Shown piece by piece: positions 40,053 to 53,913 of a stretch of DNA of 64,000 nt (position 1 is the stretch's first letter; each line of letters starts with the position of its first letter). Where the stretch lies: assembly GCA_951406725.2 (NCBI GenBank), contig OX597814.1:31992001-32056000 (forward strand), given 5' to 3'. The position numbers and the translations under genes were made by a program. The DNA is from Octopus vulgaris. Taxonomy: Eukaryota. Under the pieces are notes generated by a model that had not been told where the DNA came from, made no database searches, and saw nothing but the letters and a program-made list of their open reading frames with translations.

Positions 40053-40373
40053 AATTTAGCCGTCCCAGTTATAAGTTACAGCTACAATATCCTTAAGTGG
40101 ACACTAAAGGAACTAATCAAAATAGACAGGAAAGCAAGAAAAATAATGACAGGATTTAGAATCTGACATAGAAAGTTTATATATACAACGTATAAAAGGT
40201 GGTAGAAGCCATATACAGCTAGAAAACTATTACAAAATAACAAGCATAGGACTGCAAAAATAACTACTTGAGAAGTAAGGAAATCTAATACAAATAGCCA
40301 CAAAACACAAGCAAAACGAAAAAAAATGATTTCAGTCTTTTAGGAAGCTGACAAATACAAACAAGAAGTCATT
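40053..40373 (+). mobile_element. R4/Dong-type LINE post-RT fragment
   Basis: Translates to LAVPVISYSYNILKWTLKELIKIDRKARKIMTGFR..LYIQRIKGGRSHIQLE. Confidence 0.8.
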
Positions 40374-41589
40374 GGTTTTGTAACAGGGTGCCAGGTTTAT
40401 TGTATTTATACTGATGTTTTCTCTCACAGAAATCCTTATATGGAGCACTCATCACTCTCACATAGAATCATGGAATTTACTGTGACAGGAATCATCATGA
40501 GACGGAGAAGGATCAAGTTACAAATTTTGAACTCACAACCAGATCTAGATTTCTGGTGGGAGGTGAAATGTGTTGTATTGGGGAGAGCAAGGCCTAAGAA
40601 GATTTTCACTGGAAAACTGGGCTGGGATGGGGCTGGAGATTTAGATTCCGGTGAAACCTGGGATACTGAGCAGGATTCCCGACGTAATCCCCTTTGGGTA
40701 GCAATAGAAGGAAACGGTGAAGGATAGAAGTCCAAGCTGTTATAATTTTCGAAACACCAATAGCCGTAAGAATTTTCGTCCAAACAGCAAGATAAAGAGA
40801 CAGTTGAAGAGAAGCCTCCGCTACTAATATCATATCAATAACAACAACCACAACGGCTACAATACCAACAGACATAATAGAACCTACACACAACCTTAGT
40901 AACTGTCATTGCCTTAATTGTGGAAAGAAGGCCAACAATGACAGCAACATTAAGAGTAATAAAAACAAGAAAAGAAGTACCGCCTACAGGACTTAACACA
41001 TCCCGATGCACATCACGATGCATGACAAATTCAGATCAAGCGAGATGTGATCGGCAACTAATACTTATTGGCTGTTAAGGCAGCGAGCTGGCAGAAACGT
41101 TAGCGCGCCGGCCGAAATGCGTAACCGTATTTCGTCTGCCGTTATGTTCTGAGTTCAAATTCCGCCGAGCTCGACTTTGCCTTTCATCCTCTCGGGGTCG
41201 ATTAAATAAGTACCAGTTACGCACTGGGGTCGATGTAATTGACTTAATCCGTTTGTCTGTCCTTGTTTGTCCCCTTTGTTTGTAGCCCCTTGTGGGTAGT
41301 AAAGAATCGTAATACTTATTGGCTGTCCTCACAGCAGCCGGTTTCAGTCCTTCTTTCAGACTAAATTGCTGTAACGTACAATGGCATCTGCTTGATGGTT
41401 AGAGAGAATAACTACCTAACGTCACGATTCAGTTTCATTTGCCCGGTGTGTCAAAGATCTCTTCTGTATGTTCTGTCTTTTCGGTATGTTCTGTCTCTTC
41501 GGTATGTTCTGTCTCTCACGTAACTACAGCGCAAAGAACAGATTTTGAGTATCCTGTGCGAAATAAAATACGGAAGATTTTTATCGGAA
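40368..41589 (+). repeat. Left arm of a ~0.9-kb inverted duplication (partner 44237-45157); decayed LINE ORF1-like sequence
   Basis: Ends gtcattggttttgt.acagggtgccagg and aaaatacggaaga.ttttatcggaa are shared in reverse complement. Frame ENWAGMGLEI*IPVKPGILSRIPDVIPLG is followed by a Thr-rich stretch. Confidence 0.8.
41079..41307 (+). mobile_element. SINE family B with 17-bp TSD taatacttattggctgt
   Basis: TSD at 41059-41075 and 41310-41326. The empty site is present in the partner arm at 44464-44480. Confidence 0.92.
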
Positions 41590-42046
41590 AATGTAGAAGT
41601 TGTAGTCTTTCGCGAACTACTCAGAGTGTAATATTCTGCAAAGAATGACAGAACTTATATAACTATTTTTAAAAAATTAAAAAAATTAAAAATTTACTAA
41701 TCAACCTATCCATCTCTGATAAAGCAGATTGAAGTATATTTTCTTTAATATTGTTGGAAATTCGACCAATCAATTAATTTGAAAGAAGAAAATAAAAGTT
41801 GAAAACTCGTGTATAACAAAGTTATCCATCTACGATAGGATAGAAATTGAACGGAAATTATAAAAACGGGGTTTGGAGATAATGAATATTTGAGGATCAG
41901 TAGGATTGTTAGCAATGCTGATAAGTGAAAATATTATTCATTTACTTCTTAGTTAAATCGACTAGGAAGTGCTCAAGAATTTTGTAAAAAAGCCTTCGTG
42001 ACTGATAAAGAATAAATATACTCTATAACCGATAAATATTGACTAC

Positions 42047-42433
42047 TGGATGGAAGCACTCCGTCGGTTACGACGACGAGGGTTCCGGTTGATCCGAATC
42101 AACGGAACAGCCTGCTCGTGAAATTAACGTGTAAGTGGCTGAGCACTCCACAGACACGTGTACCCTCAACGTAGTTCTCGGGGATATTCAGCGTGACACA
42201 GAGAGTGACAAGGCCGGCCCTTTGAAATACAGGTACAACAGAAACAGGAAGTAAGAGTGAGAGAAAGTTGTGGTGAAAGAGTACAGCAGAGATCACCACC
42301 ATCCCCTGCCGGAGCCTCGTGGAGCTTTAGGTGTTTTCACTCAATAAACACTCACAACGCCCGGTCTGGGAATCGAAACCGCGATCCTATGACCGCGAGT
42401 CCGCTGCCCTAACCACTGGGCCATTGCGCCTCC
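42047..42433 (-). mobile_element. SINE family C, full length
   Basis: Reverse complement of 38390-38774. Confidence 0.88.
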
Positions 42434-43340
42434 ACGAATTATGGACTACTACATGTATAAAGAAGCGCACCAAAATATCAATCTAAGCTGTTTTCCGACT
42501 GCAAATACATCTCCTAAAGTTTACAACAAAGTGAATACTGCAAAAGACTTGATCTTAATCCTATCGGCCGGTGCACTTGGGTCGAAACGTTTTTATTTCT
42601 GTACAGGAAGTGTAGGTATGAGATGATTAAATATATTGGGAGTTGTTATTGTGTATTAAAGAATCCAACATCGATAGAAGGAAATCGATTTTGATAGGAG
42701 AAGGAGAAGGAAATCGATTTTGATAACTCACCTCACGAAACTGCAGTAAATCCTAATCTAGAAATATCTCTTCAACTTGATTTAAGATATTTATTTATTT
42801 GACTTAGCGGCCAGCGTTATGCCGTTTTTGAAATAAGCGCATGCACATCAATAGCAACGTAAGTGATGTTAAAATCGCGATGCTTTCTTCACACTCAATA
42901 AATAGTTGTAAATACTTTATTCTCAATATGCAAATGCGATAGTCAATGAAAACATTTACTACTTCAAAATACAATAACAACAACATTGTTTTCGTACAGT
43001 GTTCTAAAGAATAAAACGAAAAAAAAAACAACAACAACATAATAATAAATAAATAACGTCGGTAAGTGAAAGAAAAATAAACAATTACCGTTAGAAGTAA
43101 TGGTGGAAAAAATACTTTTATATTTAAACACTGACGCTTCTTAACGATATATGCTTGCTGTAGGCTAAAATTTAATAAATGATTCAACAGACATGTTTCT
43201 TGAAGCAACGTTTCAATGCAGATGAGAGGACGTAGTTCAAGACGAAGAAGTAATCGAGAAAGATGAAGTAGAATGACACCTACGACAACAATCGCTTCAG
43301 AAAGATAATAGTAATAACAACAACGATGGCACTAATGATG

Positions 43341-43371
<31 letters not shown>

Positions 43372-43557
43372 AGTTGCACGTATTTTGCAATTTCCAATTC
43401 CTGTATTACTAAATCGGAAATGAGCAAACTAAGTGTGCCTCTGAGGAACATGGTTGCTACAGATAAAATAAATTTTCCATTTAAATTGATTTCAGCTTAA
43501 ACTTAAAACAAATATTCGTACGGTCTCACCTCCAGATGATTATGCTCGGAATAGATA

Positions 43558-43659
<102 letters not shown>

Positions 43660-44110
43660 CTGAACAATAAAGATAAAACTTTGCCTTTCGGGCTCTTTTC
43701 ATTAGAATTGGACTTCATACATTCTAAAACAGTTTTATTTCTATTCCTGCCTGCCATTTCCCTTCTTCTTCTTCTTCTTCTTCTTCCACTACTACTACAA
43801 CTACGACGACGACGACCACCACCACAATCACCACCAGCGCCACCACTATACTACTACTACTACTATTACGACTACTACTATTTTATATACGCACAACAGA
43901 TTAGACTGTTGGAAAAAAATTCCTAGCATTGGGCTACAACAAGTAACCACTCATTTGGTAGATTCTACGAGAGCGGATAGCAGACTGCTGTCAGAGGTCT
44001 CACAGGGTCTCTTTCTGCACTTTGTAATCTTTGATATTTGATTGTTAATTATCGTGAAAGACATTCAACATCCAAGTACCAATCTCAACATCTTAGTTGT
44101 CCTCAAACAA

Positions 44111-44240
44111 GGCGGTAAGCTGACAGAATCATTAGCACGCCGGACACATACTGAGTAGCATTTGGCCCATCCTTACGTTCAGAGTACAAATTCCGTCGAG
44201 GCCGACTTTGTCTTTCATCATTTCGGAGTCGATAAATTCC
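44111..44240 (+). mobile_element. SINE family B 5' part
   Basis: ggcggtaagctgacagaatc..aaattccgtcgaggccgactttg. Confidence 0.75.
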
Positions 44241-45157
44241 GATAAAAGTCTTCCGTATTTTAGTTCGCACGGGATTCTCAAAATCTGTTCTTTGCGCTGT
44301 AGTTACGTGAGAGATAGAACATACAGAAGAGATCTTTGATGGACCGAGCAAATGAAACTGAATCGTGACGTTAGGTATTCATTCTCTCTAACCACCGAGC
44401 AGATGTCATTGTACGTTACAGCAATTTAGTCCGAAAGAAGGACTGAAACCGGCTGCTGTGAGGACAGCCAATAAGTATTAGTGGCCGATCACATCTCGAT
44501 TGATCTGAATTTGCCATACATCGTGTTGTGCATCGTGATGTGTTAAGTCCTGTAGGGGTTACTTAAGTTCTGTGATATGTTAAGTCCTTCTATTCTTGTT
44601 TTTATTACTCTTTCTTCTACTGTTAATGTTGCTGTCATTGTTGGTCTTCATTCCACAATTAAAGCAATGATTGTTACTAAGGTTGTGTGCAGGTTCTGTT
44701 GTGTCTGTTGGTATTGTAGCTGCTGTAGTTGTTGTAGATATGATGTTAGTAGCGGAGGCTTCTCTTCAACTGTCTCTTACGGCTGTTGGTGTTTCGAAAT
44801 TTATAACAGCTTGGACGTCTATCCTTCACCGTTTCCTTTTATCGCTACCCAAAGGGGATTACGTCGGGAATCCTGCTCAGTATCCCAGGTTTCACCGGAA
44901 TCTAAATCTCCAGCCCCATCCCAGCCCAGTTTTCCTGTGGCAATTGTTTTAGTTGTTGCTCTCCCCAATACAACACATTTCACCACCCACCAGAAATCTA
45001 GATTTGGTTGTGGGTTCAAAATTTATAACTTGATCTTTCTCCGTCTCATGTTGATTCGTGTCACAGTAAATGCCATGATTCTATGTGAGAAATTCTGCGA
45101 GAGAAAACATCCGTATAAATACAATAAACCTGGCACCCTGTCACAAAACCAATGACT
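44237..45157 (-). repeat. Right arm of the inverted duplication (partner 40368-41589)
   Basis: Colinear reverse-complement match. Lacks the SINE insertion. Confidence 0.85.
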
Positions 45158-45884
45158 TTCCAGAAGCTTTTCAAGCTGAGTTCAGTATGATGTGGGCATA
45201 TCACTTTCATTCTCTCCTCAAAAGAATAAATCTTTTCTTGGTCCTGTTCTGATGTTTTATTTTCTGCTTAATCCAGGCGTTGTTTTTTAACATGGCTTTC
45301 ACTACTTTTATTTACTTTTATCTACTTTTATGTAGTTACTTGCAGTAATTGATTATTATTTGTCAAGTGTTAGTTGTGGTACTGAAATTTTTCTTCAAGC
45401 TTGTGATTTTAAGTGCGACGTCGGTGGTCTTCCTAGTACTCTCTGTAGCTTTGTTCGATATATTGTAATTATTGCTGCTGTTGTAGCTTTTGCTATGGTT
45501 GGTGTAACTGTTAATTTAGCTATTAATACTGGTTATTATTACTGGTTATTTCTAAGGCTAAAATACTGTGTGGTGGGAGGTCTTGACTGCAAAATTTCTC
45601 TTTTAAAATTACTTAACCTCTGTCTTGCTGTCCAGCTGCATATGTGGAATCTATTTTGAAAATTTTTACTTTGCTTTGGAAAAATTCTTTCATTTAAAAC
45701 TTAACATCATGGGGCGAGTAAAAAACAGCTGATCACTCCTTCATATATCTAGTCAACGTAATTCCGAGATGATACAATAAATAATGCAACCATTTAATAA
45801 GAAAAACAGTACGCCAACTCATGGAGCTTCCACAATAAGTGACAAGCAATCGCAATAAAAACAACAGTTATAATAAAAATACAG

Positions 45885-46470
45885 TTCTTTCTAATTTGGG
45901 CACAAGGCCAGCAATTTTATGTGGTGGGGGCTACTCGATTACATCAACCCCAATGCTTAATTGATATTCATTTTATAGATACTGAAAAGATGAAAAGCAA
46001 AATTGACTTGGCTGGGGCGGAAGGAAAGCTACTGAAGATTTTGCCCAGCATACTAGCACCTCTGTCAACAAGTCAAGGATGATGATGATGATGATAGTAA
46101 TAATAACAGTTACAAATTCTGTCACAAGGCCAGCAAGTTCGGTAGAGGTTATGTCGAGTACGTCAGCATCAGTGCTCAGCTGGTACTTATTTTATCGACC
46201 CCCGAAATCATGACATGCAAAGTAGATATCGGCGGAATTTAAACTCGGAATGTAAAGCCGGCATAAAAAAAACCCCTGCTAATCATCCCCTGCGGGTTCT
46301 CTATTCTGTACGTTTGTGTCTGTGTTCGTTTCCCATCACCACTTGACAACCGGTGTGGGTACATTTACGTCCCCGTAATCTAGCGATTCAGCAAAAACAT
46401 CTATAAAATCTATACCAGACTTTAAAAAATATAAGCTCCGGTGGCAATTCATTAGACTAGGTATTCTTCA
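45885..46470. mobile_element. Cluster of degenerate SINE fragments (two family B on -, one family A 3' piece on +)
   Basis: cacaaggccagcaa, ttttatcgaccccc, ggcggaatttaaactc; cttgacaaccggtg..tttacgtccccgtaa. Confidence 0.6.
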
Positions 46471-47720
46471 ATATAATCATTATCTATTTATTTTATTTTA
46501 TTTTATTTAACTATTCCCTTTATTTGCTTTCTGTATTGTTTTTGTCTTTTTCTCTTATTCTATGAAGAATTTCAGTTAAGTTCATACAGATTTCATATTT
46601 CGTCTTGTAAAATATTTCAATAGATTTTCACAAGCGACAATTCTCAGACAAATATATTTCTCTTTTTTCCGTAGTCACTATACTGGAAGAAAGACACCTC
46701 TAGAGATATAATGTACAGCCTAAGGCAAGGAACGCATATTTAAACATATTACACATACCTCTTTCTTAGAAAAATTTCCCACGAGAACAAAAAAATGATG
46801 TCTAATGTATTTAATATCAAAGCACTAAAAAATAAGATAAAATATTTAGAAAATTTACTTGGGACTTATACTGTTCTCTTCATTTATTTTTAATGAAATT
46901 CTATTAGAAGTAACAAATTCTCAATAAAATTAAAGTTAGCATAAAGGCATACTTAACAGTTAATGGAGGAGGGGAGCAAAAGATAAGAAAGCGAATTAGG
47001 AATCTGTGTTTTCAGTGAAACATTTATATAAATTTGTCCCAGAAATTTTATCAGAAAAATTAAAATATTGAAAATCTGTAGGAATCCTAGTGTATTCAAT
47101 TGCCATTAATACTATTCTCATTTAGAATATTCCAGGTCTTAAATTACATTTATTTTTTAGAAAATTACTGACTTGCCTTTCGCTTAAGCTCTAATAATTT
47201 CATTTATTTTCTACTGTGCTTCAATTAACTGGAAAAAAATGAAGTTGACACAGAAGTTATCTAAATGCATTAACATATTAGATCAGGTGAGGCATACATC
47301 ATGAATGAAGATAAGTCACCTGGCGTGGTTCGAAGCAGCTACGTGATAGGGATAGATTCTCCGGTGGAAACGTTGCATCAGAATGGAGAATGCAGCATCG
47401 CTTTCCGAATCTTCATTTTATTTCCTGTTATGTCACAATCGCTTGAAATCGTATTTATAACAGTATCTAACTTTATTTTATCTAAATGTTAACACAATAC
47501 TCATGAAATAAGATTCGACGATGAGTAGACCAGCATTAGCGATAGGAGAGATTTATATTAATATCTTTCGTTAGCCTGCAGTAAAGAATCTGTGCGTCGG
47601 TTTATTATAGAGCACCTGAAAGCAATACATATGTATGTACGTTCAGTCATAAATACATGCACGGAAATACATGTATATGTGCGTGGATTTATGTGAAAAC
47701 ACATATATAATTTGTGTTCT

Positions 47721-47880
47721 GAGATTCCCGATGAGAAACCGTGTGTTGAAACAGATATTGTTGTATTTGGGGACGGTCATTTGCCAATAAACACAGGCAC
47801 TATTTGATTTATACTACAGCTTTTTTATTAATAGTTACTGCATATTTTGTCAAAGCTCTTTCGTCAAACTTTCTGCGACC
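47721..47880. mobile_element. Second, decayed copy of the 23555-23755 element, with a hammerhead-like motif at 47721-47768 (+)
   Basis: gagattc-CCGATGA-gaaaccgtgtgtt-GAAAC-agatatt-GTT-gtattt, then gacggtcatttgccaataaacac. Confidence 0.6.
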
Positions 47881-47892
47881 TACTCAATAACT

Positions 47893-48140
47893 AGGGATGG
47901 TGGGGTTGGAATATGAGGGTGGAGTAACGAGGGAGGGAGAGAGTCGAAGGGAGAAGGTGGGTAGGAGACAAGAGAGGAAGTAGGTGTCAGAGCAAGAGAG
48001 GAGAGGTGGTTGGGAGGAAGTAGGTGTGAAAGGAAGAGAGGAGAGAAGTGGAAGGTTGGATGAAGAAGGGAGGAGAGTTGAGACCATGTGGAGCAAAAGA
48101 GAGAAGACGAGCGGGGGTGGGGTGGAAGCTGTGTGGTGGT
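47893..48140 (+). repeat. Purine/G-rich low-complexity tract
   Basis: Strong G/A strand bias in an otherwise AT-rich window. Confidence 0.7.
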
Positions 48141-48255
48141 GTGTGAATATGTGTATGCATACATGTATATGTATGCCTATATTTCACAGATGAGATCCAA
48201 AAGTGTCTTGTATATGAAGAAGTTTTGAATCTTTTGAGCACTACTATATGTATAC

Positions 48256-48316
<61 letters not shown>

Positions 48317-48324
48317 CAAACGCA

Positions 48325-48600
48325 TATATAAATGGCAATTTCTGTCTTACCATCTTACCGGCTACACCAGTGAGCCAATCTTCACTAAACTTTGCATATA
48401 TGTTAAAATAATATCCAGTTCACTTATAGGCTAATTGGATGTCAATAAAACTGGACAATGGACCTGCTACGGGGGTTGGGCTATTGCATGATAAAATGAG
48501 AAGTGTGCAAAACGTGTTTGGTTGAGGGAAACATAATGAGGGTGGCTAATATCAGGGAAGGGAAGGAGACAGGAAGAGACTGAGAGACGGAATGAATGTG

Positions 48601-48637
<37 letters not shown>

Positions 48638-49850
48638 AAGAGAACGAAAGACAGGCACATAGCGGAAGAGAGAGAATATGTTTACTGAAGGGAACAGTGA
48701 ATTTTAATAATTTGTTCTTTAACATTTACCTATCACTTAACGCATACGCTTCAGTAAATTAACTATCGTATACTCAGTCAATACTTATACAATCTGTCCA
48801 ACAACAGATATAAAACTAACAAGCGAATGGTAAAGTGTTTTTATATTTGTTTTTTAATCACTGAGTTAAGATTTTTTAAAACTTTACCAACGTACTGAAA
48901 CAATGAAACTGTAATGTCTTTCATTTTCTTCCATAGATGAACCGCTCGTCGTTGTGAGGCAAATTTTACAATACAATGGCTTGTATAAATTTTTGTTTGT
49001 TCCAGGTCAAACCATGCTTTCCCCGACAGATAGTCCTCTTGGTCAGGAAAGATTTGTGCAATTTTTCGAAAACAAATTCCTTAACGATCTTTTTCCATTT
49101 AAACATTTTTTACCTGTTTGTTCGACCGTTTCACATAACTTTATTCATTATAAAAACTTCAGAAATTTTTACAGCTTTCGTCATCGTGTATACTTTGCTT
49201 TCGTTTGTTTAACAAAAATTCCTCCTCCTAATGATTTTGCTTTAATTTTGCCATAGACAGCTATCACGCAGAGAATATTATCTTCCAAATCTTGTTTTCT
49301 GATTAGGTAAAATTTATTAAACTTTAAATTTCAGTATCAGGAAAGGGAACGACACAGGATGAGACAGAGAGGCAAGAAATGTGTGTGTGTATGAGAAAGA
49401 GGTGGGGGGGGGGGGGCAGGGACATAGCGGGAGTGGGAAGAATGTGTTTTCGGAAGGGAACAGCGAATTTTAATACTTTGTTCTTTAATATTTACCTATC
49501 ATTTAACGCAAAAGATTTAGTGAATTAACTATCGTATGTTCAGTCAAAACTCTTACAATACGTCCAACAACGGATGTAAAACTAACAAGTGAAAGGTAAA
49601 GTGATTTTCTATTTGTTTTTAAATCACCGTATTAAGATTTATCAAAAATTTTCCACCGTACTGAAACAATAAAAAATAATGTTTTGTATTTTCTTTAATA
49701 GTTGAATAGCCCATCGTTTTCGGGCAATTTTTACAGTGGACTCCGCCTTCCTCGGCAGATAGGCCATTAGACAGATAGACAGCTATCATGCAGAAAATGC
49801 CAACTTCAAAAATCCTGTTTTCTCATTAGGTAAGATCGAATAAACTTTAA
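48325..49850 (+). mobile_element. Helitron-like/unknown repeat with a diverged internal direct duplication (48657-49330 vs 49422-49850)
   Basis: 5' part has ccaatcttcactaaactttgcat. Duplicated blocks: acatagcgg..gaagggaacag.gaattttaata..tttacctatca and tagacagctatca.gcaga. Confidence 0.5.
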
Positions 49851-50260
49851 ACCACAGTAATATTTTACTGCAATGTTTGTTTAGAACAAATATCTTTCAA
49901 AATCGGATTTAATGTGGAAATTTATTTCAGTATACCAAATTTGAAAATTTTGAAGTAATTTTCAGATTTCACAATGTGACAGCAACAAGAAAGACCATCA
50001 CAACTGATAATAATAAACACTCAATCTACTGTTTCATAGTCGCACATTGTCAATCCTCTCATCCTTCCAATCTTCCACGAAGTTAACTTTGATTTTTACC
50101 TTAACATTACAAACAATCAATTTTATAATTCAACTTTATTACTTGCCAGCATGTGTAAATCAATCCCACGTCACCGTGTACTTGTAAATCTATGTGTAAT
50201 TGAAACGGGAACTGAACAGGGAACGGGGCAGGATATAAAACAGTGTAATGGGAACGGGAA

Positions 50261-50399
50261 GTGGAAATACCCTCCACTTTTCGAAAGAAAGCAGGAGGAT
50301 TTAACGTTTCGAACGGAGCTCTTCGTCAGAAACATAGAAAAAGGAAAGTTCCAAGGAAGGGAATACGGAGAAAGAAAATCGTCAACGATACACACGCGG

Positions 50400-50443
<44 letters not shown>

Positions 50444-50512
50444 GTGTGTGTGTGACCGCGTGTGTATCGTTGACGATTTTCTTTCTCCGTATTCCCTTCC
50501 TTCGAACTTTCC
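50261..50512. mobile_element. Hammerhead-bearing repeat folded back around a (CA)n(TA)n(TG)n centre (arms 50343-50410 / 50445-50512)
   Basis: Arms are near-identical reverse complements. Same family as 11104-11305. Confidence 0.85.
50300..50332 (-). ncRNA. Minimal hammerhead ribozyme (zero-loop ACGU stem III)
   Basis: Minus strand: ttt-CTGACGA-a-gagc tcc gttc-GAAACGTT-aaa. Confidence 0.7.
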
Positions 50513-50519
50513 AGGTAAA

Positions 50520-50690
50520 TGACTGAGCAATTCACAGACTCGTGTACCCTTAACGTAGTTCCCAGGGAGATTCAGCGTGACGCAAAGTGCGACAAGTCTT
50601 GCCCTTTGAAATACAGGTACTATTCACTTTTGCCACCTGAGTGGACTTGAGCAACGTGATATAATGTGTCTTGCTCAAGGACACAACGCG
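50520..50690 (-). mobile_element. SINE family C-related fragment
   Basis: cgtgtacccttaacgtagtt..ttcagcgtgac..gccctttgaaatacaggtac is shared with 42047-42433. Confidence 0.75.
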
Positions 50691-50793
50691 TCGATTTGTT
50701 GGACTAAAACCTTTCAAGGCCATGCCCCAGCATGGCTGCAGTTAAATGAGTGAAACAAGTAAAAAACAATATATGATAAAAGAAATATACATA

Positions 50794-51186
50794 GGCGCAG
50801 GAGTGGCTGTGTGGTAAGTAGCTTGCTAACCAACCACATGGTTCCGGGTTCAGTCCCACTGCGTGGCACCTCCGGCAAGTGTCTTCTGCTATAGACCCGG
50901 GCCGACCAATGCCTTGTGAGTGGATTTGGTAGACGGAAACTGAAAGAAGCCCGTCGTATATATGTATATATATATATGTGTGTGTGTGTCTGTGTTTGTC
51001 CCCCTAGCATTGCTTGACAACCGATGCTGGTGTGTTTACGTCCCCGTTACTTAGCGGTTCGGCAAAAGCGACCGATAGAATAAGTACTGGGCTTACAAAA
51101 GTCCCGGGGTCGAGTTGCTCGATTAAAGGATCGGTGCTCCAGCATGGCCGCAGTCAAATGACTGAAACAAGTAAAAGAGTAAGAGT
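50794..51186 (+). mobile_element. SINE family A, full length
   Basis: Complete head, internal microsatellite and tail. Confidence 0.92.
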
Positions 51187-53544
51187 ATACCATAAGAGAA
51201 CATTTTCTCCACGGTAATTGCTGTTGGAGACGTGTACCAACATTCCTGAAGTGATTAAGAGATTAGTCTTCTACTTCAAGGTCTAAAAATATTTCAACTT
51301 CCGATTTTTCCTCGTTTTGTACAAGACTCAAGCTTACCAAACATGTCCACTTCTAACATATTTGCTTCATTTCTTCATGCTACACAGTCAAAAGCTGCAT
51401 AGAACAGACTAAATTGCTCTTAGCAACCTGCAATCATCACCCTTCTTTCTTTCTTTGGTATCTTTTGTTGTTTTCACTCTGTAGTATAAGTAAGCTATAT
51501 GCTCCTTTTCATTTGAGCCGAACAGATTCTAATTACATTCTAATTAATTTCTTTATTCGTATTTTATTTTGATGTTTATTAGGCGGATCTCACACACGAA
51601 ACATTCGGAAGAACAATAATTTGCAATGGAATCTCAACTCAAATATTCCCTGCATGTTCCACTTTACAGATATCGAAAGTGAATATCAGTTTTGTCGTCT
51701 GTTGATCGACTATATCAAAGGTAATTTCCCCACCTTCTCGCACTAATACCTACACATTAATCTTCTACTTTTGACTAAGTATAAATACATTTAAGAACGG
51801 GAACGGGCTATTTGCATCTAAGGCCAAGAAAGTACGTCCGTAGGTTGTTTCTTCTTTTAAAGGCGCTCTCTAATATAGTAAATATTCTTGAAGTTATATT
51901 TGTAGTTATTTGAATATCATTTAATTTTGTTGGCATCAATAAAGTTTAATAAAGTGAAAATTAAATACATTTTAATACATTTCAGTTATTACGTTACGTA
52001 GCCGTAACAATTTCCCCCTCTCCAAAATCTCTCAATCTCTATCTCTCTCTGGTTCTTAATCACACATTTCTCACTCTGTCTCCCTCTTGTTCATATTCCC
52101 TCACATACAATGTCTCTTTCAGATGAATCGAATTAGAAGTATATGGTTTGTTTCAATACTTTACAGAACAAAGGACCATGTAAGTACACGTTAATGGCAA
52201 GATGCTTTGAATTTTTTCAAGATAAATCCGAGATTTCATATCAAAAGGATATTAGATTGATTATATCTGTTGAAGTAGGCATCATTATTGCCCAAAATTA
52301 AGTAAGACATATTTCTTGCACTTTTTCCCGTCAGGTATTTCGTCTACATTAAAAGGGACCTAGCTGACCAACTGCATAACCAATGGGCAGCTATCAACAA
52401 GGCTTTGAAGTAATCGTGTTATTACAACATTAATTTCTGCCCGAAGTAGCTGGTATTACTGAAATATAGTTACGATTATTGTAAATGCCTGTCAGAAGAT
52501 TCTGAAATATGAATTCCATGATAATTATCGAAAATACATTTGTATATAATTATCTAAAATACATTTACAGGTAAGTATATTTGCATATTACCTTAATGAT
52601 ATGTTTAAATATTCTGGTTTATCTTGGTAAGGAAGTACGATATTTTAAAAAGAAATTACTACTGCAACTTATATGACATACAGGAATGTAACGGGCTAAT
52701 TATAGTGATAACTATTTCAATTGGGTCTTGTCACCAGACTAATTTTTCAGGTATGTTAACTGTTATAAGCATGTATGAGACCAAGGATATCACAACGACT
52801 TAACTATAATAGACTTGGTCAAGCTTGTCTAGGTTAACAAGTAGTTGACAAATCAAAACGAAATATAAGAGTAACCTGCAATGAAAATCAGTGTACTCTG
52901 ACAGTCATTGCAATGGATTATCTTTTAATATTTTTTTCAGTCATTGGTCTGCCGTAATACGGAGGCAACTCCTTGAAGTGTTGTAGTTGAATAGATCGAC
53001 ACTAATACTTTGTTCTTATATTTTCAATCTGGTTCTTGTTTTATCGGTCACTTTCCTTGAAAAGATACATACATACATACAGGCTTTTCACGATACTCTT
53101 AAAGTGATGAACTGTTCAGCACCAACTCTCATGTTTAAAATAAAAGAAATTGTCATGAATAGTATTATAGATAAATTCACAGAAACTACCTGAAGTGTGG
53201 TTGTTCAGTATAGAGATATATGTAAGGTATTTTGAAAAAAACTTAATGGCTATCCGTTCTTTTTAGATCAAACATTCTAAAACCTACACGTTGCAGCTAG
53301 CCATGACTTAAAATTGTATGAGCGCTTATATGCATATGTGTTTGCATAGCACGCAATAAGTTTCAGATAGCACAGCTAACAGTATAACACTTGTATACAT
53401 ATAAGCACATACATATATCTAGCAATGGAAACACGCACGCGCACAATCACATTTATTCATGAAATGCATTTTAAGTATAATATGAATCTACGTAAAATAT
53501 CATACATCAGGTCATTCCAGAAGTTCTGTTATTTATATATTTAT

Positions 53545-53645
<101 letters not shown>

Positions 53646-53670
53646 CATAGAAGCATACATATATTTATGC

Positions 53671-53703
<33 letters not shown>

Positions 53704-53877
53704 TATATACATACATCTGTGTATTTGTGTGTGAGTGCAGACAATAATGTGTACATCTGTGTGCTTGGATGTGTATATGCATGAATGCATATACACATCC
53801 AAGCACGCAGATATATATATTTATATATATATGTATGTATGTATGTATATGCATGAATGCATGTACACATCCAAGCA

Positions 53878-53913
<36 letters not shown>

